From IMG/VR virus record IMGVR_UViG_3300045988_093262: a stretch of 31,869 nucleotides of DNA, one strand, 5' to 3'. Shown here piece after piece: positions 15,997 to 23,285 of this stretch. The stretch is from a virus. Each line of letters begins with the position of its first letter. Positions within the stretch are counted from its first letter, which is position 1. The position numbers and the translations under genes were made by a program. The notes under the pieces are model-generated. The model saw only the letters and a list, made by a program, of their open reading frames with translations, had not been told where the DNA came from and searched no databases.

Positions 15997-16025
15997 AAAA
16001 AAAGCCCCCCGATTTCTCGGAGGGC
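15997..16025 (-). terminator. Rho-independent terminator
   Basis: Hairpin GCCCUCCGAGAAAUCGGGGGGC followed by U7 on the minus strand. Confidence 0.6.
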
Positions 16026-16030
16026 CTGAG

Positions 16031-16078
16031 CTACTGGGGAACTACTGGGGAACTACTGGGGAACTACTGGGGAACTGG
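16031..16078. repeat. 11-bp tandem direct repeat (ctactggggaa), 4.4 copies
   Basis: Read directly: ctactggggaa appears four times, followed by ctgg. Confidence 0.9.
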
Positions 16079-16102
16079 TGACATTTCCATGTCACTAGTG
16101 AC
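16078..16102. repeat. Nested palindromes GTGACATTTCCATGTCAC and GTCACTAGTGAC
   Basis: Perfect inverted repeats read directly. They lie immediately downstream of the HNH gene stop codon. Confidence 0.85.
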
Positions 16103-16105
16103 TTT

Positions 16106-16531
16106 CTACTCCGCCCCCGTTCTCACCGGCTTCCAACCGTCCATTTCTAACGCCTCTTGGTACTTGCAAGGCTCTGGGGTCTCCAGATACTCCCAGTGTC
16201 CGCCCCTTGACGGCTCTCCGTCGTAGTAGCCGAACGTCTGGGGCCTGAGCGGCTTCCATCCCTCGTGCCAAGGCTGCTTGACGTACCGGAAGTGAAGCCT
16301 GCCCTGATGGGCCTTCCCATGACACCCCAAGGCGTTCCCAGACCCGCAGAGCATGAGCGTCGGCTTTGGGAGCCTCACCCCATTCACGTAGCGCTCGCCC
16401 GCGCTCCTCTTGACCACGTGGTGGCGGTTGAGCGGCCATCTGGCACCGCAGACGCAGCAGTAGGGGGTCTCGACGCTCGGCCCCTCCATGAGCGGCCACC
16501 AGATAGGGGCAAGGGTCGTGACCTTAGCCAT
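16106..16531 (-). CDS. HNH endonuclease
   Basis: CCVCGARW...NRHHVVKRSAGE...LCGSGNALGCHGKAH, a CxxC...HH...CxxH HNH-type zinc-binding nuclease motif. Confidence 0.7.
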   Translation of the reverse strand: MAKVTTLAPIWWPLMEGPSVETPYCCVCGARWPLNRHHVVKRSAGERYVNGVRLPKPTLMLCGSGNALGCHGKAHQGRLHFRYVKQPWHEGWKPLRPQTFGYYDGEPSRGGHWEYLETPEPCKYQEALEMDGWKPVRTGAE

Positions 16532-16946
16532 CCTCGCGCTCCTCCCTTACCAGCCTGCCAAGCCCCGTCGCCTTCTTGAGACAGTCGATAGCCTTCATGG
16601 CGTCCTTCTCTGGGTCCTCCTTGGACCACATGCGCCAGACGTATTTGAACGACGTCGCCCAGTACCAGAATTGAATCGGGGTGCGCTCGGCTATGCAAGC
16701 TTGGGACGAGGCGGCCTCGATAGCCCGGTCGCACGTGACGAAGCCGTCTCCCTCGTAGTGCTCTGGGACGCTCCCGAATGGGTTTTCCTGTCCAATCTTG
16801 CCACGGTAGCCAGCCAGCAGCAAATCCTTCTCGTAGCACCTGTCTTGTAGCCTCGCAACCATTCCGCGAAGCTCCTTGATGGTCCTCCGGGCCTTTCTCA
16901 GGTGCCTCGCCGCCACCCCGCGGCGCTCATCGTCGCTAACCTTCAT
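16524..16946 (-). CDS. DUF3310-family phage protein
   Basis: EHYEGDGFVTCDRAIEA...WATSFKYVWRMWSKEDPEKDAMKAIDCLKKA matches the DUF3310 pattern (hY..G.E....KY..R...K...DL.KA..YL). The N-terminal part of ORF 16524-16997 is uncertain. Confidence 0.5.
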   Translation of the reverse strand: MKVSDDERRGVAARHLRKARRTIKELRGMVARLQDRCYEKDLLLAGYRGKIGQENPFGSVPEHYEGDGFVTCDRAIEAASSQACIAERTPIQFWYWATSFKYVWRMWSKEDPEKDAMKAIDCLKKATGLGRLVREEREDG

Positions 16947-17217
16947 CCAAGCCCAGCTCCTTTCCGCAAAACGGGCAGAACCTCGGGACCGTCTCAATCT
17001 CGTCCCAATCGGTTATGTAGGTGCCATCATTTTCGAAGTGTGACACTTGGAACACGAGGCCGCACCGTGGGCACTGGACGGCATCAACGTAGTCGCAGTC
17101 GGCTATCGAGGTGACCTCGTTGAAGTCGACCGTCTTGCGAGGCTTCCACCTCTGGTGTGACGGGACCGCTCCGCACCTCGGGCAGTCAGCGCCCCTCGCG
17201 AACCTCCTAGCCCTCAT
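16936..17217 (-). CDS. Small zinc-ribbon protein with three CPxCG motifs
   Basis: An internal Met (MRARRFARGADCPRCG...CPRCG...CPFCG) defines the gene. The N-terminal 89 aa of ORF 16936-17484 are out-of-frame overlap. Confidence 0.45.
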   Translation of the reverse strand: MRARRFARGADCPRCGAVPSHQRWKPRKTVDFNEVTSIADCDYVDAVQCPRCGLVFQVSHFENDGTYITDWDEIETVPRFCPFCGKELGLDEG

Positions 17218-17566
17218 CGCAGACACCCGCCAGAGACTTGGCGCGGCAAACGAGGTCGCGGGCCATCGCTGCAACTCGACCGTCGCTTCCCACTTCGATT
17301 CCGCGACCCTCGGTGTAGTCCCTCGGGGTCTTCCGCGCGTCCTCCTCCAAGCTCTCCCAGCCATCGGGCATGGTGCATGAGCTGACGCATATGTCGATGC
17401 GCTCCCAGAATTCCACGAACCAGCACTTGAGCCTGATGCTGTAGAGGAAGCTGTAGACCTCCCTCGTCTCGCCCCTGTAGACAAGCTCCTTGGTGTCCAG
17501 CGGCACCACGCAGCCGTTGGCGTCTATGGGAGCTGGAATGCCCTCGGGCCAGACCCTAGTCTTCAT
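17207..17566 (-). CDS. Hypothetical protein
   Basis: 119-aa ORF on the coding strand. Confidence 0.4.
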   Translation of the reverse strand: MKTRVWPEGIPAPIDANGCVVPLDTKELVYRGETREVYSFLYSIRLKCWFVEFWERIDICVSSCTMPDGWESLEEDARKTPRDYTEGRGIEVGSDGRVAAMARDLVCRAKSLAGVCDEG

Positions 17567-17888
17567 CTTCTACCACCTCCGCGTAGCAGTGCGGGCAGAA
17601 CTCGTAACGCCCGCTAATCTCCTCGCACGTCTCTCCGCAATTTGAGCACTCCCAGACGTTTACGGTCCCGCCGCTTTCCGTCTGGTAGGAGTCCGTCTTC
17701 TCCATGGTGCATGTCGGTTGGTCCACCAGCTCGGCCAAGACCTCCCCGAAAGCCTCGGCCTTGAAGCCTCCACAAGCCGAACCGATTGCCTTGGCAACGG
17801 CGACGTCCAGCCACTCGTCTCTCTTGACCGACGCCCTCAGGGAGTCGGCAGCCCTGCGGCGCGCCTCGCACATGTCCCTCGGTTCCAT
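17556..17888 (-). CDS. Hypothetical protein with a C-terminal zinc ribbon (CSNCG...CPHC)
   Basis: 110-aa ORF. Confidence 0.4.
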   Translation of the reverse strand: MEPRDMCEARRRAADSLRASVKRDEWLDVAVAKAIGSACGGFKAEAFGEVLAELVDQPTCTMEKTDSYQTESGGTVNVWECSNCGETCEEISGRYEFCPHCYAEVVEDED

Positions 17889-18329
17889 CTACTCGACCCC
17901 CGTAGAGCCGTAGCCGTCAGTCCCTCTGTCGGACTCTCCAAGCTCATTGACCGTCCAGAAGTGCGCCTTGACGTACGGGACGATTACCAGCTGGCAAATC
18001 CTGTCGCCTGGATTGACCGTGAACGGCTCGGCTCCGAGGTTCAAGAGCTTGGCCCTGACTTCCCCTCTGTATCCAGAGTCGATGATGCCCGTGCCGTTCG
18101 CAAGGCAGATTCCGTGCTTGCAGCCGAGGCCGCTCCTCGGGAACTGGAAGCCCACGTGGCCGTGGGGAATCTCGACCCTGACGCCCGTCCCGACCCACTC
18201 GGATGTCCCTGGCTGGATGGTTAGCGGCCCGCTGATTGCGGCCCTCATGTCAGCACCCGCATCCCCCTCGTGGGCGTAGGCGGGGACGAACCCCTCCTCG
18301 CACACGACGTTCACAGGAACCTCAAGCAT
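17889..18329 (-). CDS. dut: dUTP diphosphatase (dUTPase)
   Basis: dUTPase motifs AYAHEGDAGADM, RSGLG, GIIDSGYRGE, GDRICQLV and RGTDGYGSTG. Start placed at the MLEVPV Met. Confidence 0.85.
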   Translation of the reverse strand: MLEVPVNVVCEEGFVPAYAHEGDAGADMRAAISGPLTIQPGTSEWVGTGVRVEIPHGHVGFQFPRSGLGCKHGICLANGTGIIDSGYRGEVRAKLLNLGAEPFTVNPGDRICQLVIVPYVKAHFWTVNELGESDRGTDGYGSTGVE

Positions 18330-18559
18330 CCGTTCTCCTCTCTCCTTACAAGATGGACGTCCACGCTGCGGAGGAACGTCCCGTTGTAGTCGCTCCACTC
18401 ATTTGACGACTCAAGGGCCGTCTGCCTATCTCGGTGCCTTCCGAGGCAGAGGCCGGCGAAGACGGGACACGTGAAGCTCTTAGCCACAACCTCGTTGTAG
18501 TCCTCGTATTCGCCGTATGAGTCGACCACCTGCCAGACTATCAATGGCCGCAGCTCCAT
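18311..18559 (-). CDS. Hypothetical protein
   Basis: An internal Met (MELRPLIVWQVVDSYGEYEDY...) defines the gene. The upstream part of ORF 18311-18769 is out-of-frame overlap. Confidence 0.35.
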   Translation of the reverse strand: MELRPLIVWQVVDSYGEYEDYNEVVAKSFTCPVFAGLCLGRHRDRQTALESSNEWSDYNGTFLRSVDVHLVRREENGCLRFL

Positions 18560-18837
18560 CCGTAACTCTTTGCGAGCAAAAGCAGCTCTCGGCGAAGGCG
18601 CTTGACGTCCTCCTTGACCTGACGGCTCGCCGCTCCGTCGACCTGCTCGTACTCTGGGGTCCTCGTGATGCTGCCGAGGTCTCCGCCCATGTTGTCGCGG
18701 TGGACGATGACCTGCTCGACAAGCGAGTCCATGAGCGCCTTGCAGAGGCCGGCCTGCGCGACCTGCCACTTGCGGACGTCCTCGCGACCATGACTTCCGA
18801 TTCCCAGCTCGTTCTCGTCCCGAACCCTCGTGCTCAT
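18541..18837 (-). CDS. Hypothetical protein
   Basis: 98-aa ORF. Confidence 0.35.
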   Translation of the reverse strand: MSTRVRDENELGIGSHGREDVRKWQVAQAGLCKALMDSLVEQVIVHRDNMGGDLGSITRTPEYEQVDGAASRQVKEDVKRLRRELLLLAKSYGWSCGH

Positions 18838-19370
18838 TGCATGTCTCCTCTCCTTGTGCTTTCCATCAGCTTACGGGCGTGATACACGACCGCGCACGGA
18901 GTCCTGTGAAGCCTCTTTGCTATGCTGGCAATTCCCAGAACCAGCGCCCTCTCGTCCTCCTCGCTCCAAGAGCCGGGGGCGCCGAGGCCCATCTTCCTTG
19001 CCCTCGTGCTGATGCCGCTCCATGTCCTTCCCGGGCATCCCCCGCGCCAACCCTCCCAGTGCGACCCATGAAGCGGGTAGTTGAGCGCGAGGAATGACAG
19101 CTCCTCAGGCTCCCACGCCCTGCCGGTCGGGCACCGCTTGACGCAGGCGACCCTAAGCTTCCCGGCCCGCTTGACGATTGACTGGCGCGTCCTCTCGGGG
19201 CACTCCCGAGGCCATCCGTCCCACGTGCTCCCTTCCGAGGGGTAGTGCTTGCGGATTGCCTCGTCCTCCCTCTTGGTCCACGGTCTGCCGGTCATCGGAT
19301 GCCCGCCAACCTCAGGCCGAGGCCAAGCAGCCAGCCAAGCAGGATGCACGTTATGACCGTCGTCAGACAC
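18834..19370 (-). CDS. Myb/SANT-like DNA-binding repeat protein
   Basis: Three tandem W-x18-19-W repeats, for example RPWTKREDEAIRKHY...W..ERTRQSIVKR and RAWEPEELSFLALNY...W...PGRTWSGI. The GTG at 19370 or the ATG at 19295 could be the start. Confidence 0.4.
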   Translation of the reverse strand: MSDDGHNVHPAWLAAWPRPEVGGHPMTGRPWTKREDEAIRKHYPSEGSTWDGWPRECPERTRQSIVKRAGKLRVACVKRCPTGRAWEPEELSFLALNYPLHGSHWEGWRGGCPGRTWSGISTRARKMGLGAPGSWSEEDERALVLGIASIAKRLHRTPCAVVYHARKLMESTRRGDMQ

Positions 19371-19563
19371 TCCTCGAACTTCTTCATCGCAGCACTCCTA
19401 CATCCCTTGGACCAACCAGCTGAGCAGCCACACGAACCCGAAGACCACCGTCACCAGAACCATGGGCATGAAAACCTCTCGCAGCTCGTAGCTGCGGACG
19501 AACTCCACGAGGCTGTCCTCGTCCATCATTTCAAACTCTCCTCTCACTCGGACCTACTCGGAC

Positions 19564-19731
19564 CTACTCGAACCAGTCGCGCGGCCTCATTCCAACCGCT
19601 GAGCAAAGGCCCCTGATTGCCTTTTCCGTCAGGTTCGGCTTCCTCTTGTTGTAGATGAAGGCCGTGACCGTGGACTCGCTGACGTGCGCGGCCTGAGCCG
19701 TCTCCCTGATGGTCAGGCCGCGCTCTCGCAT
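19564..19731 (-). CDS. Small XRE-like HTH protein (unannotated ORF, below the 60-aa track cutoff)
   Basis: MRERGLTIRETAQAAHVSESTVTAFIYNKRKPNLTEKAIRGLCSAVGMRPRDWFE has an XRE-like helix-turn-helix. The frame stays open upstream with no canonical start codon, so the start is uncertain. Confidence 0.35.
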   Translation of the reverse strand: MRERGLTIRETAQAAHVSESTVTAFIYNKRKPNLTEKAIRGLCSAVGMRPRDWFE

Positions 19732-19770
19732 CAGCTCGCGGTACCTCTTCCCGTCTATGAAATCACCCCC

Positions 19771-19971
19771 CTACTCGCTGAACCAGACTTCCCCGTTCTC
19801 CTCGACCGTGATAACGACGTCTTCGTAATAGACGTAGAAATCCATGTCCTCGTTCTCGTAGACGTTGCGGCGGATGCTGTGCGCCCTCGGGCCTCTTCCG
19901 ATGACAACGTAGGCGTGACGCTCGATGACGCGCTGGCCGTTGGTGTTGAAATCGCCCTTGAAGTAGAACAT
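19771..19971 (-). CDS. Hypothetical protein
   Basis: 66-aa ORF immediately after promoter cassette copy 4. Confidence 0.4.
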   Translation of the reverse strand: MFYFKGDFNTNGQRVIERHAYVVIGRGPRAHSIRRNVYENEDMDFYVYYEDVVITVEENGEVWFSE

Positions 19972-19990
19972 GGTCTTTCCCCTTCTCCTA

Positions 19991-20060
19991 CCGGGGGGCC
20001 TCCCCCCTCGTTGTCTAATATATTACTACTATCCAGTTCGAAGTAAACCGAGAATCTCAG
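19991..20060 (-). promoter_or_regulatory. Conserved promoter cassette, copy 4
   Basis: TTCTCGG, then TTTACT, then AGTAATATAT. The hairpin GGGGGGAGGCCCCCC and a GGAGAAGGGG ribosome binding site follow, then ATG 19971. Confidence 0.5.
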
Positions 20061-20842
20061 TTTTTTTGCTCGCGCCTGTCAACGCCACCCTTGACGCAAA
20101 CCTTGCAGCTCCCCTTGATGCGGGAGAAAAGCGCGTCAGCCGTCCTCTTGTTGGACTCTCCAGTAACCTTGGTCCACTCGGAGGGCTTGAGCTGCGAGGT
20201 GAACAGCGTCTGGAGGTGGTGGCTCCAGCGGTAGTCGACAATAAGGAAGTACACGGACGCGGACCACTCGGTGAGGGGCGTCTTGCCCACGTCGTCGATT
20301 ATCAGCACCTCGGCCCTCTGGTATCCGAGGGTCGGGTCCGTCCCTCCGTCGAAGCTCGCCTTGATGCGGTCGAACATCTGGGCTTCGGACACGAACAGAG
20401 GGTGCTCCCCCATGCCGGCGAGGGCCTTGGCGATGGCGCAGACCGAATAGGTCTTGCCGACTCCAACGGGTCCGTGAACCCACATCCACCCCGAACCCTC
20501 GGCCCTCTCCCAGTCCGGTTCCACGTCCCGGAACTCCTCGGGGAGGTTGTCCTTGGCCCAAGTCTCCGCACGCTCCTCCCGTGTGACTTCCCCTGATGCC
20601 TCTCTGAGGCTCTGAGGGACGCTCTGAGACGTTTCGCGGCTCCACTCGGTTGCCTCCTTCGGGGACATGGTTCCGAGGGCACAGAAGCGTCCAGACTCGC
20701 AGTGAGCCATGTACTCCTCGATGCCCTCGGCATCAGTGGGCGCGTAGGTCGGTGGGATTCCGTATGCCTTGGCCACCATCTCCAGAGTCTTCCCCCACTT
20801 CATGCGGCGCTTGTAGGCTTGTTCCGGTGTCTCCTGAATCAC
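20057..20842 (-). CDS. DnaC/IstB-like helicase-loader ATPase
   Basis: Walker A GPVGVGKTY, Walker B VLIIDDVG, and an AAA+ sensor region. Confidence 0.75.
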   Translation of the reverse strand: MIQETPEQAYKRRMKWGKTLEMVAKAYGIPPTYAPTDAEGIEEYMAHCESGRFCALGTMSPKEATEWSRETSQSVPQSLREASGEVTREERAETWAKDNLPEEFRDVEPDWERAEGSGWMWVHGPVGVGKTYSVCAIAKALAGMGEHPLFVSEAQMFDRIKASFDGGTDPTLGYQRAEVLIIDDVGKTPLTEWSASVYFLIVDYRWSHHLQTLFTSQLKPSEWTKVTGESNKRTADALFSRIKGSCKVCVKGGVDRREQKN

Positions 20843-20857
20843 TGTCTTATCCTCTCC

Positions 20858-21745
20858 CTAGAACGGGATGTCCTCGTCCCAGTCGGTGCACTTCTCGTCG
20901 ATGCTCTTCCTCCACTCGGCGTCCGCCTTGGCCTTCTCGGCCCTCTCCTTGGCCTTGGGGTCCTCGGGTGCGTTGAGGTAGCCCTCGAACTTGGAGCCGA
21001 AGAGGGTCACGGGCCTCAGGTACTTAGCCATGTCGGTCCCTCCCCACTCCTCGGACTTCTTCCGGATGACCTCCTTGCAGTCCTCGACGGTGAATCCCTC
21101 TCGTAGGCGGGCTAGGACGTGGCGCATTGTGGCCTTCGAGGTCGGGCGGTAGTGGGAACCAGTCTCATTGTTGAGGGCCTGGACAACCTCGGCCACCTTG
21201 CTGCCCTCCTCCTCGTTCCATGGCCTAGAGGGTGCCGGACGCTGTGCGGAAGCCTCCTTCCGCACTATATGTTTTTGGTTTTCCTCTGAGTTATTCATTT
21301 GTATTACTTTGGTATTGCTTACCTCATTTTCGGAAATGTCATTTTGGATTTTTGCCATCCCCATTTCTGATTTTTGAGAAATGGAGATACCCTCAGAGGG
21401 GGCATCGGTTGTGCAGCTTTGCGGAGCCTGGAAAAGCCCCTCGCCCTTCTCGGTGAGCGCATACCACTTGGTGCGGTCAAACGGGAGCTTGTTGTAATTG
21501 CCCGTGACGAGAAGCCCCTCCTCCTCTGCCCTTTTGAGAGCCGTGTTTATTACATTCGCGCTCATGAAAGGCATGAGGTCATGGAATGCCGCGACCGTGT
21601 TGTAGGTCCAGTAGCGGCCATCGTGGAAGTGCTTGCCGTTCGTCTTGTTCTTCTGAATCCAGTAGTTGATATTGCCGAGGAGGATTGAGACGTTCGTCCC
21701 GTACTTGGTGGCAACCTCCACGTCAAACGTCATGTACCTAAGCAT
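20858..21745 (-). CDS. Replisome organizer or replication initiator
   Basis: The N-terminus MLRYMTFDVEVATKYGTN...INYW (Phage_rep_org_N) and the C-terminal RPTSKATMRHVLARLREGFTVEDCKEVIRKKSEEWGGTDMAKYLRPVTLFGSKFEGYL match the phage replisome-organizer N-terminal domain and conserved phage C-terminal domain. The ORF track starts at a TTG at 21757, but the first ATG at 21745 (GGAGGG ribosome binding site) is more likely. The protein ends ...TDWDEDIPF. Confidence 0.7.
   Translation of the reverse strand: MLRYMTFDVEVATKYGTNVSILLGNINYWIQKNKTNGKHFHDGRYWTYNTVAAFHDLMPFMSANVINTALKRAEEEGLLVTGNYNKLPFDRTKWYALTEKGEGLFQAPQSCTTDAPSEGISISQKSEMGMAKIQNDISENEVSNTKVIQMNNSEENQKHIVRKEASAQRPAPSRPWNEEEGSKVAEVVQALNNETGSHYRPTSKATMRHVLARLREGFTVEDCKEVIRKKSEEWGGTDMAKYLRPVTLFGSKFEGYLNAPEDPKAKERAEKAKADAEWRKSIDEKCTDWDEDIPF
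21266..21390. repeat. AT-rich region with TTTTGG(A/T)TTTT repeats inside the replisome-organizer gene; candidate origin of replication
   Basis: The local GC content drops sharply. Repeats include gtttttggtttt, cattttggatttttgcc and tttctgatttttgag. Confidence 0.45.
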
Positions 21746-21757
21746 TTTGCCCTCCAA

Positions 21758-21795
21758 AAGAAAAAAGCCCCCGCGGGGTGATTAGGGCACCCGGC
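21758..21795 (-). terminator. Intrinsic terminator or attenuator immediately upstream of the replisome-organizer ribosome binding site
   Basis: Minus strand has a GC-rich stem GCCC..CACCCCGCGGGGGC followed by UUUUUUCUUUU. Confidence 0.5.
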
Positions 21796-21840
21796 AAAGG
21801 CTTTTCTCTGGATGGCGAGGCTCGGCCCCGCGTGGAAACT

Positions 21841-21869
21841 ATTCTATCGCGGCCCTAATCCGCTGTCAA
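21841..21869 (-). promoter_or_regulatory. Canonical sigma70-type promoter (TTGACA, 17 nt, TAGAAT), with an imperfect inverted repeat around the -10
   Basis: Minus strand has TTGACA at 21869-21864, a 17-nt spacer, and TAGAAT at 21846-21841. A second TATAAT lies just upstream at 21872-21877. The inverted repeat GGCCCCGCG (21824-21832) and CGCGGCCC (21848-21855) flanks the -10 and the +1 position. Confidence 0.6.
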
Positions 21870-21872
21870 CAA

Positions 21873-22130
21873 TTATAGACCATTCTTGTGGAAGTCAAAA
21901 GGGCTTTGGGTGGAATCCTCGACCCCGAGTAGCCATGCGGCCCCGAACTCGGGGAACGCTTCGCTGAGGCGGATGGCCTGCCATGCCGACAGTCTGTAGT
22001 CGCCCTTCTTGAGGTGTGACATGGTCGGGGCTGATATCGCGGTCTCCCTCTCCACCTCAGAGGGGGAATGGACTGTGAGGAACGCGGCAATCCGCGCGGA
22101 AACCAACCTTCTGTGCTCAATCTCGTTCAT
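21873..22130 (-). CDS. XRE/Cro-like HTH transcriptional regulator
   Basis: ETAISAPTMSHLKKGDYRLSAWQAIRLSEAF is an HTH. The gene lies immediately upstream of the promoter and its inverted repeat. Confidence 0.6.
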   Translation of the reverse strand: MNEIEHRRLVSARIAAFLTVHSPSEVERETAISAPTMSHLKKGDYRLSAWQAIRLSEAFPEFGAAWLLGVEDSTQSPFDFHKNGL

Positions 22131-22398
22131 CGCTCTTCTCCTCTCCCATCGGCCTAACCTTGTCCAGTGCGAGGAGCCATGCGGCTGACACGCCGTGACG
22201 CTCTTGGAGCACGAGGGCCATGTCCAGCGTCACGCGGTCGAAGCCGTTCAAGACCCCGTAAATCTTGGAGGACGAGCAGCCGAACGCCTCTGCCGCCTTC
22301 GTGACGCTCAGGCCGCGCTCCATGAGAACGGCCTCAAGACGCCTGCGAGAGACGCCCTGACGCCTCTCCTCGGCTGAGCACCTACCTATGCACGCCAT
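22117..22398 (-). CDS. XRE-family HTH protein
   Basis: An internal Met (MACIGRC...) defines the gene. The segment LSVTKAAEAFGCSSSKIYGVLNG is an HTH. Confidence 0.5.
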   Translation of the reverse strand: MACIGRCSAEERRQGVSRRRLEAVLMERGLSVTKAAEAFGCSSSKIYGVLNGFDRVTLDMALVLQERHGVSAAWLLALDKVRPMGEEKSDERD

Positions 22399-22400
22399 TG

Positions 22401-22562
22401 TCAGACCTCCTCGATGGTGAGCTGGTAGGTCTGGTCGAATCGGTAGGCGTCCACGGCCTCGGGATTGACGTACATGCGCAGCCAGCCGTCCCCGTCCACG
22501 GCCTCGAACTCCACGAAGACGCCCTTCGGCGTCCTCTTCATGCTCTCGATTCTCCAAGTCAT
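22401..22562 (-). CDS. Hypothetical small protein
   Basis: An internal Met (MTWRIESMKRTPKG...) defines the gene. Confidence 0.3.
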   Translation of the reverse strand: MTWRIESMKRTPKGVFVEFEAVDGDGWLRMYVNPEAVDAYRFDQTYQLTIEEV

Positions 22563-22576
22563 CGCTTCTCCTCTCC

Positions 22577-22984
22577 CTAGCAAATGCACTCGTGGATGCT
22601 TATGCTCAGCTTCTCGGGCGACCTCGTTCTCTTGAGCTTTGACACCGTCAGGCTCACAACCTGAGCGTCGTCCTCCCATGCCACCCCGTTGAGCGCGTCT
22701 AGGATGACCTTGGCAACGTTGTCTATGTCGGGCTTGTGTGTGTCCGGCTCGCTGAAGACGCTCTTGGGCGTCGACTTGGGAAGTTGCCTGTAGGTCAATA
22801 TGCTTACGGCAATCGGTCCTGAGAACGGCTCTCGTGGCTTCCTAGGGGCATTCATGTATGCCTCTCTGATTGCCGCCTCGTAGTCCCTCGTGGCCTTGGG
22901 GGTGTAGGCGTGGCCGCCCCTCGTGAACCTCGGGCGGCCCTTGCCCCTCACCTTGCCCCAGACGTCAAACGACACGCTAGACAT
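22577..22984 (-). CDS. rusA: RusA-like Holliday junction resolvase
   Basis: FDVWGKVRGKGRPRF...PDIDNVAKVILDALNGVAWEDDAQV matches the RusA family. Confidence 0.75.
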   Translation of the reverse strand: MSSVSFDVWGKVRGKGRPRFTRGGHAYTPKATRDYEAAIREAYMNAPRKPREPFSGPIAVSILTYRQLPKSTPKSVFSEPDTHKPDIDNVAKVILDALNGVAWEDDAQVVSLTVSKLKRTRSPEKLSISIHECIC

Positions 22985-23273
22985 TCCACCCCTCCATGTA
23001 CATTTCGGCTGCCCTCTCGTTGGCATCGCGCCTGACGTCAATGTGGCTCAGGCCGAAGAGTTTGGCTACGAACTCGGCAAACGCCCACGCCCTCGTGTCT
23101 TGGTCTTCCGCGCACCTCTTGAGCTTTTCGGCGGTGCTGTCGTTTCCCTTCGCGTGGAAGACGCGGCTCCCCTCCTCGAAAACCCTCTTGGAATAGAGTT
23201 CGTCGGCAATCGGCTCGATTGCGCTCTCGTAGGTCAGGGTCGCCGCCTGATACGGTTTCTTTGTGGGGTTCAT
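22977..23273 (-). CDS. Hypothetical protein (paralog A)
   Basis: 98 aa. ...TYESAIEPIADELYSKR... is similar to the adjacent gene. Confidence 0.4.
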   Translation of the reverse strand: MNPTKKPYQAATLTYESAIEPIADELYSKRVFEEGSRVFHAKGNDSTAEKLKRCAEDQDTRAWAFAEFVAKLFGLSHIDVRRDANERAAEMYMEGWNV

Positions 23274-23285
23274 TTTGAACGCTCC

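Noticed and set aside
19384-19470. Putative small membrane peptides in the 19371-19563 gap
   Set aside because: Re-translation showed the apparent MKKFEE... reading was a transcription slip. The true frames give only M-K-S-S-R-S-V-stop and a 23-aa hydrophobic peptide with no ribosome binding site.
20040-20075. Plus-strand terminator-like hairpin with a T7 run at about 20040-20070
   Set aside because: No plus-strand genes exist. On the coding (minus) strand it reads as an A-tract with no stable stem, so it is more likely part of the upstream TTCTCGG promoter element.
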